From assembly GCF_000143415.4 (NCBI RefSeq), contig NW_003314292.1:937498-1001497 (forward strand): a DNA stretch of 64,000 nucleotides, read 5' to 3'. Positions 13,900-28,015 of the stretch are shown here, one piece after another; the stretch's first letter is position 1; the number at the start of each line of letters is the position of its first letter. Origin of the DNA: Selaginella moellendorffii (taxonomy: Eukaryota > Plantae > Lycopodiophyta). The notes beneath the pieces are model-generated. The model was not told the origin of the DNA and did not search any database. It saw nothing but the letters and a program-made list of their open reading frames with translations. A program made the translations under genes and the position numbers.

Positions 13900-15930
13900 C
13901 ATAACTATTAATGCACTATTAAAATTCTACTGAAAATTAAATAAAATTGCATGGCCTAGCTTTAAAGGTTGCACCTTTCTGTTGTGTCATTTCTAAATCG
14001 TTGTCAACCATAGATAAAAAAGCTTCTTCATTAGGAAGATTTTGCAAAATATCAATCATCTTTTGCTGCAATGTCACTTTTATAACTTTTGATGGAGTGA
14101 TATCTTCCTGCTCAAAGTTCATATCAATATTTAAAATTTGTTTAATGTAAATTACTTGTATAGTACTCCTTAGCTAAATTTTTTGTTGATGATACACATT
14201 TTGATGGATATTGTTTTTCTCAATATTCATATATATTAGTATATAAAATATGCTAGTTTACCTCTATGTAGTCTCCAATTGAAATTTTTTGCTCATGATA
14301 AACATTTTGATAGATATTTTTCTGCTTAAAGTTTTATAAGTATTTCAAATTTTTAATTAATAAGTGAATTACCTTTGTCATAAATTCCAAGTCAAGTGAT
14401 AATGATAAAATAATTCATCTGACCTAGGTTCTAAAATTACATGTGATTGTAATGGTTGAAACTCATAACTAGTTGCAATCCAATTGGTTTTTTCTCCTTG
14501 TTTTAATATAATAGCTTTTGCTTGATGCTTGTAAAAGTTTTCTTTGGTTGCCCATGGACAATTACACCAAGTCAAAAAATCCCAATCACTGTGTCCTTCA
14601 CCTCCAACAACAAAATGCCATATAACTAGATCTAAAAAGGATTGTACATAGGATTTATGAGTATTGTTTTTATCGAATTTTATTTGAAAGTTGTTAATAT
14701 TTCTTGCTTTAACAATCGCACCATTGATTAACTTTTTGTATGAATGATTTCAAATAAAACCATGATCTTTGCAATAACTAGTAAACCAATACTTCGCATG
14801 AACCTTAGTAGTAAATTGATGAATTGCCCAATCCATCCTTCGATTATGAGCATGTTTTTTTTCAAACGAGAGTATAGCTTTCATATTTGCATGGAATGCC
14901 TTAATCAAACTATTTATCTCCTTGTTAGCATGAGGGAAATTTCAAGCAGCAACAACCCACATATCTATTAAATATAAATAGAAATATATTATAAAAATCA
15001 AAATATTGATTCACTAACCAACTTTGTCCTTCCATTCATCTTGAAAAAATACTTGATAAAAGCTACTTCATTTTGAAAATCCACCTCAAAATGTTCAATA
15101 AGTTATTTAATCTCAGTTCACATAATATTATCATCATCAAAAGCTACATAAATTAAATGATACATAATATCTCCAAGACGTTTCCATATTTCCATCCTAA
15201 TATCATAAAATTTCACTTTATGAATAATATATCTGAGCCAATTCCTTGTTACATACCAAATATATAATAGAATTTGACAATCGAATGTAGCTCTATATAA
15301 AAGAAAAAAATAAATTCTATCATTTTAAATTAATTACCTTATAGCATTAATCTATACTTTAGAATTATTAATCATTATCACATATGGTTTCCATTCTGGC
15401 ATGTGTTCTAAAATTAATTTTTTAAGAGCTATCGTCCAATTCTTCATATATTCTCCTTTTTCACTAGAAGTTAAAACTCAGGCCCCAATATGCAATTGGA
15501 ATACTATTTCCATGATAGCCAAAAATATGGTGTATAATGGGAACTATAAATTATTAAATATTATTCACTTAAAAAGAAATGAAAATTTTACCTTGTAGCA
15601 ATTAATTCCAAAAGTTGCATCAAGAATCAATAAATTATTATTTGCAAAGTCCACTATCTTTTGTAGTTCCCAAATTGTCTGAATCTCAAAAGTTAAACAA
15701 TTTTTATCTCAACCACCTTCCTGATAGAAAAATACTTTCTTAGGATTTGTGTTTTTCCAAATATGTACACTCTATGCATCATTCTCATGTAGTTGATAAG
15801 TTGAAAGCAAATACTTCTTATGTAAATTATTAATATCTTGCATACGTGGAAAATCATCTCGACAAGCTGATTTGTTTCTTCCCACAATTTGTATATGCTC
15901 ATTACAAATTTGATTTGATGTGAAATCATG
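13900..15930 (-). pseudogene. Mutator-like (MULE) transposase relic with SWIM finger
   Basis: The minus strand gives LILDATFGINCYK (MULE first Asp motif), PEWKP, LLYIWYVTRNW, NSLIKAFHANMK and WCNCPWATKENFYKH (SWIM-like). The region is AT-rich with many stops. Confidence 0.7.
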
Positions 15931-15972
15931 CTAGATTATATGAATCATACAATATCGAATATCTACTAAAAT

Positions 15973-16256
15973 GCTTTATTTCGTTAAAGTGGAACTTATT
16001 CAGTAAAGTGGGACATTAATTAGCATGTGTCCACATGCCATTTCCTAGTACTTAATTAATATTTATTAATATTTCTATCAGTTTTTTAATTTATTTTTTT
16101 ATATTTCACAATATTATAACACAAAATCATATGAAAAGTTTTTAATTTATAAATTATAAAGTTAAAACTTCAATTTTTTATTGTTGTTATAAAAATGGCA
16201 TGTGGCCACACACCATAAGGGGGATAATAAAAAGTCCCACTTTAACGAAATAAAGC
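15973..16256 (-). mobile_element. 284-bp MITE, non-autonomous relative of the 29704-42062 transposon
   Basis: TIRs GCTTTATTTCGTTAAAGTGG...CCACTTTAACGAAATAAAGC. The subterminal 35-40 bp match the two ends of the large element in opposite orientation. Confidence 0.88.
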
Positions 16257-16484
16257 ATTACAAGCTTCTAAGAAAATAATGACTTTCCTTTAGTTGGATC
16301 AAGTTGACCATGACAAGAAATCCCATTCTTATCACAATGCTCTCTATGATAATATGTAATCTACACATAATCAAGCCATTTGTAAAACTATTTGACCAAA
16401 AAATTGTAAATACAACTCCGTGTAAGCTTGTGAGTTTGAACTTCCCAGGAAACCACCCAACTCAATACTATTCAAACCCAAGGA

Positions 16485-17024
16485 TGTCAAGAATCCCCTA
16501 ATTCTTGCCATATTCCTAACTCTCACCGGATTCCTAACCCCCAGACCATATTCTTAACTCTTGAGACAATTCCCCATTCTTGACTCTTGAGACACTTCCC
16601 TATTCCTGACTCTCTAATTTCCCATATGATTCCGGAGTCTTGAACAACATTCTTGATGATGACGTGGCACCTCCTCGACCTCAGCTATATTTAAATTCTT
16701 GCCATATTCCTAACTTTTACTGGATTCCTAACCCACAGACCATATTCTTGACTCTTGAGATAGTTCCCTATTCCTGACTATTGAGACACTTCCCTATTCC
16801 TGACTCTCTAATTTCCCGTACGAGTCTTAAACAACATTCTTGATGATAACATGGCACCTCCTCGACCTCAGCTATATTTAGGGCGTTCTCGATCCAAGAG
16901 TGGTGGAGCTTCATTAACCTATAGTATATATAGGTTAGCTTTGTTCTATTTCTCCACAATCTGAATCAACGCTAGTCTAAGGCCTTTTTTTCGTTTCCAC
17001 TAGCTTTTCTCTTTGTATTTTGCA
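16485..17024 (+). mobile_element. Truncated LTR related to 6860-7219, with an internal tandem duplication of about 190 bp
   Basis: Reverse-complement similarity to 6860-7219. Block 16501-16690 is repeated at 16695-16880. Confidence 0.8.
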
Positions 17025-17059
17025 TATGTCAACCATGGCTGGGACAAGGGAGCTCCAGT

Positions 17060-18403
17060 GCCAGATCCGCCAGGAAATGGCGAGCAGGATGGAGAAGGAG
17101 CTCGCATCACCTCCAGAGCGCTGGGGGGATTGGTGAGTTCTTCCTTGCTCGTTTTGATTTTTTTTTGCCTAGCTGAGGAACTTAGAAACAATGTAGGTAC
17201 TATTTCGTGCATATCCCGCAAGGGAAACAGTTTCCCATCTACTCGAGACGAAGAGCCCGCCAAGGTGGAAGGCTGAAGGCTTTCTTTACAAGTTTTTTTG
17301 ACAAGAACAGTGAAGTTATGATCGACATCAATGAGCTTGCTGCCGAGCACGGTAAAGTTTTGAGGATCTTTCCTTGTTTCTCTCTTCTTCCTAATTACAC
17401 AAGTGTAGGCCATGCGCAGCTTGGAGTTTTTAAGCTATCCAGAGACCACAAACTGTTAGCATACACGATCGACTTGGGTGGCAACGAGATGTTCACATTG
17501 TTTATCAAAGACTTGGAAACTGATAGCCTCCTCCTGGAGCACAAAACCGATGGTGTAGTAAGTGTGCAGTGGTCTGATACTGGAGAATATCTTTACTACA
17601 CTTGTAGTGATGTGGCACAGCGACCTCACAGGTTTCTAGTTGAAGTTTCTTCTAGAATCATTTTTTCTCGATCTCGACAGGGTTTTGTTGTGGAACTTGC
17701 GATCTAAAGATGATGACATTGCAATTTATCACGACGACAATCCAAAGAACTTTGTTGATGTTACAAGAACCAAAAACTGGCAGTACGTTTTGATTAATGT
17801 CAACTCAAAGACGTCCTCTGAGGTAATTGCGTTTCACAAATGTGTTGCTCGAGCCTCTACAGGACAGATTTTTCTGGTAGATCCGAAAACTTCAGCCACA
17901 ACATTGTGGAAAGTTGCAGATAGAGTTGATGGCATCCAGTATTTCGTGGAACACCATGAAGAGCACCTGTATATTCTTACCAATTTTTTGGGCGACAAGA
18001 AGCTAGCGTCGCTAGGAAACAACTATCGGCTTGTCCGCTGCAAGACAGATAGCTTGACCTCGAAGGCGTGGGAGGTAAGTCAATTCTCGTTTTTTTCACA
18101 GCAAATACTGAAACACTTTAGGAGGTTGTCCCAGTCGAGAGCGAAAATTGGATAGAGGATATGGATATTTTTGCGAAGCATTTGATCTTATACAGACGAC
18201 AAAATGGTCTTCCCATTGTGCATGTTTTCAACCTGGATGTAAGCATATGGTGAAAGTTTTGGTCTCACTAATCTCTTTCCTTTCAGAGCCTGAAAACTCC
18301 TCCTTGGACTGTAAACCTTCCCTCCGGGATAACAGTTCTTACTCCTGGAGCAAACTGTGACTTCAATTCGTCTACTCTACGGCTGTCGATATCTTCACTG
18401 GTG
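17060..18403 (+). pseudogene. Oligopeptidase B / protease II (S9A) N-terminal beta-propeller exons, truncated at both ends
   Basis: Spliced exons give EMASRMEKELASPPERWG, LSRDHKLLAYTID..GNEMFTL, FVDVTRTKNWQYVLINVNSKTSSE and PGANCDFNSSTLRLSISS. No catalytic domain is present. Confidence 0.8.
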
Positions 18404-18448
18404 GTAAGCTCTCTTTCTTTCTTGCATTAGATGTTCGGCAATATAAAG

Positions 18449-19894
18449 ATTGGGCATGTAACGAAATCTGGAGAAATAGCGGGGCCACGTACATTGGAGC
18501 ACATGGTTGATGTTTGTCTTCACTCGGAGGTAAGAGGTTTTTATCTTTGTTCGTTTGAGGTTGCCATATATTTCTTGTCTCTAGGGAGACCGTCTTTTGT
18601 CTCAACGGCTTCTAAGATCACTAAAAAATCGCTTCGCTTCTACGAAAGAGGTGACTGTCTTCCAGCACTTGCTTTTAAATTGAATCTCGCTGTTTTATCT
18701 TTAGTACAGGTCGGCGTGTTTGAGATGGTCGACAACGGTTTACGAGCGGTAGAAAATCCCAGTTTGAAGTTTCTTTCTGATAGAACTGGGGAGGACACTA
18801 ATGCATCAGCCACCGTTGGGGTGGCTTTGGAAGGATCTCGGCCGCTGCTGGTTGAAATCCAGGTAAGCGACTTCTAGGATTTACGTTGGATGATGATACT
18901 TTTAGCCAAATCTGAGCGTTGTCTGGCTGCTCTAGCTTTCCAGGTTCAACGAGAGACCGGTGGTAGATTCTTTGGAATTTCCCGAGTTTCGAGTGAGCTG
19001 GACTGCCAAGAACAGTTTCTCTGACTTGCCATGATCTGACTTTAAAACCGAGAAGCGTATCTGACAACGATCAAAAGCTAAAGTTTTCTCCGGCATGAAC
19101 GCGCGTTTTGCAGGTCTTATGATCTCCTGCCACTTCACTGCCAAGTAAAAGAACGTTCACTGGAGTGGATCCATCTCGATTCAATCTGATTGTTGCCGTA
19201 AGTCACTCCATAAATATTCTCCACTTTTGTGAGGCTTGACGCTGTGATGCCAGGTCTTACTCAAACAAGCGCGCTTGAGACTTGCAAGACAGGTGCGTTC
19301 TATACTTTGTGATAGCAAAAGTTATGCTGAAATACTGCTCTAGGATATTTTTGTTAATGTCGTTGGAGGCTTTCGTTTGGAAGAGCCCGCCACAGATATT
19401 GCTGTTGCCGTCGCTATTGCCAGCAGGTACTTTCTCTCGACTAGCTGGGCATACCAACTCACGAGCTTCGTCTTGCTTGCAGCTATATAGAAAGGCCGGT
19501 TCCTCGGGACACAGTCTTCGTTGGTGAGCTAGGACTTGGGGGAGAGCTGCGCTTTGTAAGTTCTTACGTGGTTTCTCACTTTTCAATGCTGGAAGTTCCG
19601 TCCATGCAGGTAGCTCAACTCGAAAGGCGACTGTTTGAGGCATCCAAGCTGGGTTTCAAGAAATGCATCGTCCCACAGGGTGCTAAAGGAGTCAAGGTGG
19701 ACGGAATGGAGCTTATTCTTTGCTCGACCCTCAAGGACGTTCTAGAGAAAGTCTTCAACTACAAGAGCCTGCCCCAGCAGCGAAAGAGTGGAGCCACGGT
19801 TCATTTGGATGCGTTTCCGGAAGAAGACGGGGTGTGTGGTGAGGTCCAAGTCGGGCAGGACGCTCTTGACGATGATCTTGCTAATGATAAGTAA
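18449..19894 (+). pseudogene. radA: Bacterial-type RadA/Sms (organellar RADA) C-terminal half, multi-exon
   Basis: IGHVTKSGEIAGPRTLEHMVD, KNRF, EGSRPLLVEIQ, DIFVNVVGG..EPATDIAVA, GELGLGGELR and RLFEASKLGF. The zinc finger and Walker A are missing, and there is an in-frame TGA at about 19121. Confidence 0.85.
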
Positions 19895-20789
19895 TAAGCT
19901 TTTGCATCGTAAAATTTTAATGTCACAGGTGTACATATAATCTAGGAGCTTATACGAATTGTAAATAACCATATCGTTCCAAGGATATAGATCTAGCAAT
20001 ACGATTGGTGGTCTTGATTGTTCTCTTAGCCTCAACAGGCATCACCCAGAAGAGGGTGGAGGGGCTGTGATTGTCGCCTACCTTGGACAGTGCTCGTGTG
20101 ATCCCCTTCCTCGTCGTGCAGAGCTAGAACATTGCAACGCTGGAGTGGCTGCTTGGAACTAGTGGCACGTAGAGGATTGGGCCACAAGAAGAAGAGTGAA
20201 TCTTTATAAAATGACTAACTGTCATTGAAAATGGAGTTTGATCCAAGGAGAGGCAGGTGAGGACAATCGACTTTCAATGAATATGCTTGTTATTAATAAT
20301 GTAAAATACATTGGCTTTTATTATTTTTATATAAAAATAAGAAATTAAAATAGCATTATTTTAATTAAGATTATAGTTAAAATTATTCCTCCAAAATATT
20401 TTCTTAAAACCATTTTCATAAAATGTTACTATTAATTGTCTGGTATCTTTTATTTTTAAAATTGTAAATACTATATAGTTTGAGAAAAATACATTATTAT
20501 TTTTCCATATAAGTGTAAACTCTTAAATTTGGATTTCCCGGGAAGTCACTAAAGCTTAGTATTATTCAAATCCAAAGATGTTTAACCCTAAATATCCCAA
20601 GACCCTTAATCAATTAAAAAAAAGGGTACATTTTTATTCCTAAGCCATTTCGTTCTATATTTAAACTATTACGGATTGTCTCTCGAATTGTTCCCTTTGG
20701 TTGCTTACAATTTATCATGTTTTCTTACAAGTTCACACCCTCGTCAACAGAAGCTTAAAGTCATAACTCTTCTGACAGCCCCATTCTCT

Positions 20790-23700
20790 TGTTATAATCT
20801 GGCGCAAAAAGACAAAGATCTAATTGCCCTAGATTATGCTATGCCACCTCTTGAGGTCCCTCACTACTTAACCGCATTGCCGCTCCACAAAGTAGGTTAA
20901 GTCCCTTACCCTAACATGCCTTAATATACCCTTGAGTGTCCTTTTGACAAACGTTGACCATGTGGTCAAAGCTAGCACCTAACAATTCTTCCCCCTAACA
21001 AAGTCCTTGTTCCAATGACAAGTTATACTGGTGATCACCCTTTCTAGGGAACCTGCTCAGGTCTATCTTCCACAGTCGTATACATCAAGGAGGCATTGGG
21101 CCGTCACTCTGAGATAGTACACCTTTCAATTGGCTAACATAAAATTCCAGATGAATTTTCACCCCAACTAGTAGCCACACCTGATAAGCCGCTTTACCAA
21201 TACGCTCTAGTACTTTATATAGACCAGCATATCGATGGGAAAGTTTATCACTCTTCCTTGTCTGTAAAGGCACCAAGGTGTTTTGCCGCTCACTTGACGG
21301 AAAGATCACTTGCACGAAGACGAGATCCCCCACCTTATATTCCCAGAATTGGCGATGCTCATTAGCAAACTTCTCTGCTCTATCCTGAGTTGCCTGCAAA
21401 TTCTATTTGCACACCACTAGAATCTCATCAAGTTCTGTAGCCAGATCAGTTGCTTCGGAATCAAGCTTATCTTGAATGTCCTTACTTAAATGCAATCTCA
21501 ACTCCACCGCTATTCAAGGATGCCTTTCAAATATGGCAAAATAAGGATTTAGCTTGGTTCCACAGTATTGGCTATTGTTGTAAGCAAATTGCACTAATGG
21601 AAGATATAGATCCCACTATCCTTGCCTTTGACCAATGCTACAACGTAGCATATCCTTCACCACCTGATTCACACGCTTGGTTTGCCCATCTGTCTGAGAA
21701 TGATCTCTACTCGAGAGTTTCAAAGTCACTTGCATATCCTTTGCAAAGCTCTTCCAAAATCCACTAGTGAACTTTGAATCTCAATCATTAATGATATTCT
21801 CTGGCAAACCAAAATCAAGAAAAACCTTCTCCAAGTAAACCATAGCCAAGTCTGAGGCAATAACAATCTTCTAAAGAGCCAACAACTGCACATACTTCGT
21901 CAACCAATCCACTATAACCCATACTTGCTCCTTTTGCCTCAATGTTCATGGTAAACAAGTAATGAAGTCCATAGAGATACTACACCAACAACTCTTAGGA
22001 ATAGGTAAAGGTTGCAAAAGTCCCCTTAGCTTTTCCTATGGCACCTTAACCTGCTAACAGAGCTCGCATGATTTACAATACTTGAGGATATTACCTTTCA
22101 TATTCCTCCAATAAAAATTGTGCTTAATCAACTCATACGTCTTTTTCCCCCTAAAATGACTGGCTTCTAGATGATCATGATAGTGGGATAAAACTTGAGT
22201 AATTAACACATCCACCTGTGGCAAATATACATAGTCATTGTAGTAGAGAATCCTATCCACCAATGAGAAAGGGGCTTCCATCTGGTCTTGCAAAGAGGCC
22301 ACCTTAACATCTTGAGCTTAAGCATGCTCAACAAACTACCCAAACTCACTGACCACCTTACTCAAATGATGATAAAATTGTGTTTGTAACATTGTCACAT
22401 GACGAACACGAGATAAAGCATCTGCCATCATATTTGATTTTCCCGGATGATACTCAATAGGAAACTCCCTAAACTCCATGAGTTTGACCATCCAACGAGC
22501 TTGCCTAGTGTTCAACTCCTTCTATGTGAAAAGATACACAAGTGGTTTGTAATCTGTCAACACCACAAACACTGCACCATAAAGATAATGCTGTCACGTC
22601 CGCAAAGCATGAACAATAGAGAGTAACTCTTACTTATATGTGGAATAGTGTTGCTCCATGAAATTCAAAGTTTGACTCTCATATGCAATAGGTTGTCCCT
22701 CTTGCATGAGAACTCCTCCCAGTGCATAACCACTTGCATCGCATATCACCTCATAAGGTTTTGATGGATCAACAATGTGAAGCACTGGAGTTTTGCTCGA
22801 CAATCGTTTCAGTGCCACAAAACTCTCCTCTTGTGACTTCTTCCACTCGAATGACACATTCTTGCGTAATAACCATGTCAAAGGCATCGCAAACATAGCC
22901 ACCTCTACAAACTTATGCTAGAAACGTTAGTAGTAACTAACCATACCAAGAAAACTATACAACTCGGCCACTGTAGTCGGTGTAGGCTAGTTTTCCACCA
23001 CAGCCACCTTCCTTGGATCTGTCTTGACACCCTTAGATGTCACAATATGGCCTAAATATTCCACCTCTAACTTTGCAAACTCACATTTTCTCTTCTTGGC
23101 ATAAAGTTTGCTATCTCAAAGTAATAAAAGAACTTTGCGCAAATGCACCTTATGCTCCCCATATTCTTGCTAAAAACAAGAATCTCATCCAAGAAAATCT
23201 CCACAAACTCATAAAGATAATGCCTAAATACCTCCGTCATCAACCGAGTAAATGTGGCTAGTGCATTCGTCAAACCAAATGGCATAACTGTAAACTCAAA
23301 ATGTCCAAAGCTTGTGTTGAATGCCGTATTGGAGATAAATGCATCATCCATTGCAATCTGATGATATCCACTCCTTAGATCAATCTTGGTAAACACTCAT
23401 GCTTCACCAAGCTTATCTAAAATATCATCCACATGTGCCATCGGCATCTTATCCTTCACTGTCTTCTTGTTCAAGGCACAGTAGTCAATACACATCCACA
23501 TTAAACTGTCCTTCTTCTTCACAAGCAAGGCCGGAGCACTAAACAGAGACTTACTTGGCTAAATAAATCCAAACTCAAGTAACTCCTTGACTTGTTGTTG
23601 AACTTCTTGCTCCTCCGCATAACTTAACCAAAATGAATGCCGGTAAATTGGCTGCATCCCTGGCTCCAATATAATCCCATGCTCCACACCTCGTAATGGA

Positions 23701-26700
23701 GGCAACCCATGAGGAAGTTCAAATGGAAAAACATCAGAAAACTCGTCAAGTACATCCTGTACTACTGCTTCTCCCCTGCACGTGCCTTGGTCCCCCAAGT
23801 CATAAATAAACAACAAGTAACACAAAAGTGCTTTTCCATTACAACAAGCCCATTTCAAAGATGTATGTAAGTGACTAAATTTTCCATTCTACTTTAGTCA
23901 CTTAACCACACCTCTGACCACTTGGAGGAGTCTCACTCACAACCTCCATAAGTCCAACTCAGGACATGGGACCTGCTTGTCCCGAGAATGGCATCTATGC
24001 CACTCATCCTTTGCACTTAGTCCAAGTGCTCCACATGTCCAGTCCCAAGATCGACACCCCAAGATACCACCGACATATCAGCCCATTACGCTAAGGCTAT
24101 GCTCCTTTACCTTGGTCACACCGGTGGTCTAACACCAGTTGCGTCACCGTCCTGTCTCTCAAGGACTGGGGCATCCATCCATGACTGATTATCCCAAATC
24201 CACTCCTTAGTATCCTTAGGATGCCCGCAAGCATGGGGAATAGCCTTCCCCAATATCCCTTTCCGGTCCTCACCAAGACCCTTTCTATCCATGGCCGTGT
24301 TTGCTATCACTGCCACTTGTTCAAGGCCCACATGCCCGACCACTAAGTCCCCTAGTCTCCTGGGACTTCCTCTTCCCATGACCGCATCCCTGGTTTCTAC
24401 ACTCGAGGATTGCTCCTCTTCCTTTTCACAGGCTGGGACTTCGGGACAACATTTCGGAACACTGTGGCCTTATGCAGGCCCCATGGGTACTCTCCCCACC
24501 TTCTGCCTTTAGGTGCTCTAGCCATGGGTTTAGAGCAAGGTTCCGTTGAGCCACATTAGGTATCCAAGTAGGTAGTGCCACCCACACTTGGACTGGGAGC
24601 ATCGGCCATTCAATCTCCTGGGGGAACTAGAGTCGGCTCTTGAACACTTCACCAAGCTACCCCACTTGTCAGTCCGTATTCACTCTAGTCTTGGACTTCT
24701 CAATGGATATCCCATCACCCAACACTTGGGCACAACCTTCCTGGGCCAAACTGGCCTTTCCTGGCCAAACGGGCTCCACTGGAGTCCTCCCCCTACTATA
24801 CTTTTGGAGCTCACCAAACCCCCCAGGGTCTGGGAGACGAACGCTTTGGGCTTTCACCCTCTCAGACTCGGACTCGGACTCGAACTCAGACTCGGTCCTG
24901 GCCTCGGCCTTGGTCTCGGTCTTGGTCCCGGTCTCGGTCTCGACTTCAGACTCCATCTCAGGTCCTTCTCGGACTCCATCTCATATTCCATCTCGGGTCC
25001 ATCTCGGACTCCATCTCGGGTCCATCTCGGACTCCATCTCGGGTCCATCTCGAACTCCATCTCGGTCCATCTCAGACTCCATCTCGAACTCCAACTCGGG
25101 TCCATCTCAGACTCCATCTCGGTCCATATCGAACTCCATCTTAGACTCCATCTCGGACTCCATCTTGGACTCCATCTCGGTCCATCTCGGATTCCATCTC
25201 AGACTCTAGCTCGGGTCCATCTCGGACTCCATATTGGTCCATATCGGACTCCATCTCGGACTCCATCTCGGGTCCATCTCGGACTCCATCTCGGGTCCAT
25301 CTCGGACTCCATCTCGGTCCATATCGGTCTATATCGGACTCCATCTTGGACTCCATCTTGGGTCCATCTCGAGTCCACCTCGGACTCCACCTTAGACTCC
25401 ATCTCGGACTCCATCTCGGACACTTCCATGTGTCATGTTTTGGTCCTCTTGTGTCCCCTTTTCTAGAGACTCACTCATGGCTTGCCTCGTGCTTGTTCCT
25501 CGAGCACTTCATTGGGAGTTCCACTCCCACTCTCAACCTTTTCAAGTCGGAGCTTTTAGTCCAAATGTGTTACACTCGTTTGGCTTTTGTTTCGGCCACT
25601 ACAACGTGGCGCCCTTTCGGCTCCACTTTGGGGCCTAGGGATTTTGTGTCTCACAATGTAGTGGAGAGCATAACAATTGGAGGTTGAACTCCCTCTCCAA
25701 ACCACACATTTTTAACACCACTGTACTCAAGCAAGACATGCTTAATACTCCACTTTATCTCTAGATCCACTTTCACCAACCATGGCATCCCAAGAATGAG
25801 ATCCACATGATAGATATCCATGAGATAAAAAGTGTGGTTTTGCCAACCAACACTTCCAGCCCCTTAACACAAGCATCTAAATGTTAAGCAAAGGTAGCTG
25901 CACCTTCCACCGTGTATAGAAGAACTCCTCGTGTGACTAGGCCATGCTCCATAACAAACTTTGCCGAAACAAAGTTGTCATCACTCCCACTATCCAGTAA
26001 AATCCACACTAGATTGCCATAGAACACTCCCTCCATCATTAAAGTTGATTCATGAGTATCCTCAAGCTCCATCTTATTCCACATACAATTGAGCTGATGA
26101 GCAATGATCGAAAGTTTCTTCCTCCGACCAGAATGGTCGTTCTCGTCATCCTCATGTTGCAAAGTTTGCAACTTTTGAGTATCTGACTTACCGTGAGTAG
26201 AAGATTGGCCATTATTCATGCCTTGTTGCTTGTTCTTTAGCTGTGGATAGTCAGCCTTGTAATGTCCAAGTTCACTACAATGATGACAACCCTGTCTATA
26301 ATTCTTCACAAAGAACTTTGCTTCTTGGACCTCTTTGCATCCGAAGTAGTCACCACTGACTTCAACTTATGAAAACCTATATTGTACAACCTTCCCATTT
26401 CTAGCTGGTCGTGTATGCCTGTTTACTGTTGACATTGGTGGCATAGCAATATCAATAGCAACATTTGAGGAAGTCTTCAGCTTGAAAATAGCTCTCTCTA
26501 AACTTTCAATCTCTTCTTTCAAAAGATTGCAGCTTCGCTCAACTGGCCACTCCTTTGGCACAGAATCTGGCTTCAAGATAAGAGCTGTGGATCTAGTTTG
26601 TATGAGTAACATCAATCCCACAACAGTAAATCCAACTTGATTGGCAACCCTTTACCCCTAGATCTCAACAGCCCCAGAAACATGGTACTATTGAAGAACT

Positions 26701-28015
26701 TGAACATGAGCGCACAAATGCAAGACACTGACCTTGATTCCCAATCATTTCAGAGAAACATGCATTACTCTTAGCACTGACTCTTTGAATTGCCCAGTTG
26801 ATATGAGAAACTGGCTCACGAGCAATAATCTTCTCAACCTCTAGCACCAGATTTACTAATGTAACAATTGGCACCTTTTCCACTCCATGTTCCTTAGTTC
26901 TTCTCCGGTGTCGTGGAACAGAATGGTAGTCAAACTCTGGACGGTGAGAGCTAGAATGTTCCCATCCTTGTGTCCACAACGATCATCACGACGATTCTCG
27001 ACAAAAAGACTCTACAAACACTTGCGAGACTTGTGCTTGTCATTGTTAAGTCGACGAGCCGCATCAAAGAGCTCCTTCAAACTCTTTGTAGGCTGGAGAA
27101 TGACGCAAGTGTTACTGCATGCTCTCACTATGAAGGCCATCAATGAAGTAAGACTTGTTCTGATCTGGATTCTTTGTTGGAACACAACTAATCAAGCGAG
27201 TAAGCTTCTCAATATAGTCCCCGAGCATCATTTTTCCTTGCTGGAAATATCGAAGTTCTATGAGAGCATTCTCCACATTGTAGTGAGGGGCAAAACGTAA
27301 ACGGAAAGTAGCCTCAAACTCATCCATGGTAGACATTGGTGGTTTCTTATCCACAACACAAGACTCCTCAAGCCAATTCCACTATCGAAGACTCGTATCA
27401 CGCAAAACCATTGAAATAGCCACTAAAGCCTCTGCATTCGAAGTTCCCCTAGCAACCAAGAACTTCTTCACATTGGTTAGCCAAGCAAGACACTTGTCCA
27501 CACCACCATCACTGGAAAAAGTTGGAATCTTAAGTCAATCTACCAAAGAAGGCTTACTTAGAGTGCTACCACATTCAGCCTTGAGTGCCTCAACACGCCC
27601 ACACATGGTATCCATCATGCCATGCATCTTGTCTTGCATCTCTTGCTGATTTTGATTAAGAGCTTACAGCTCATGAACCACATCTTGAATGGTCCAAATC
27701 TCTGCAACTCCATCGGCACCATCGTCGGCATCACCATTGAGAATAGGATTCCAACGTTTATCTTGGTTGGCCATCACAACCAACTGCTCTAATACCAATG
27801 TTATGATCCAGCGTAAAAAGACAGAGATTTAATTGCCCTAGACTATGCTATGCCACCTCTTGAAGTTCCTCGCCACCCAACCACCCCCGAGCTACCTCAA
27901 AAGCTCCATTGTGAGCCCTAGGGTAGGTTAAGTCCTTTACCCTAACATACCTTAATACACCCTTGAGCCTCCCTTTGACCAATGTTGACCACATGGTCAA
28001 AGCTGGGACTTAACA
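20790..28015 (-). mobile_element. Full-length degenerate Ty3/gypsy element (5' LTR 27799-28015, 3' LTR 20790-20984)
   Basis: Paired TG..CA LTRs, PBS TGGTATTAGAGC at 27786-27797 and PPT at 20985-20998. Fragments of gag, knuckle, protease (LLDSGS), RT ([19 protein letters not shown]), RNase H (CDASG) and integrase are present. Confidence 0.9.
23866..25655. mobile_element. Solo LTR of family A
   Basis: TGTAAG...TCTCACA with a perfect 5-bp TSD ATGTA and a long GACTCCATCTCG-type tandem array at about 24865-25420. Confidence 0.92.

Noticed and set aside
18449-19894. radA as bacterial contamination or recent HGT
   Set aside because: It is interrupted by GT-AG introns, and plants have a nuclear-encoded organellar RadA.
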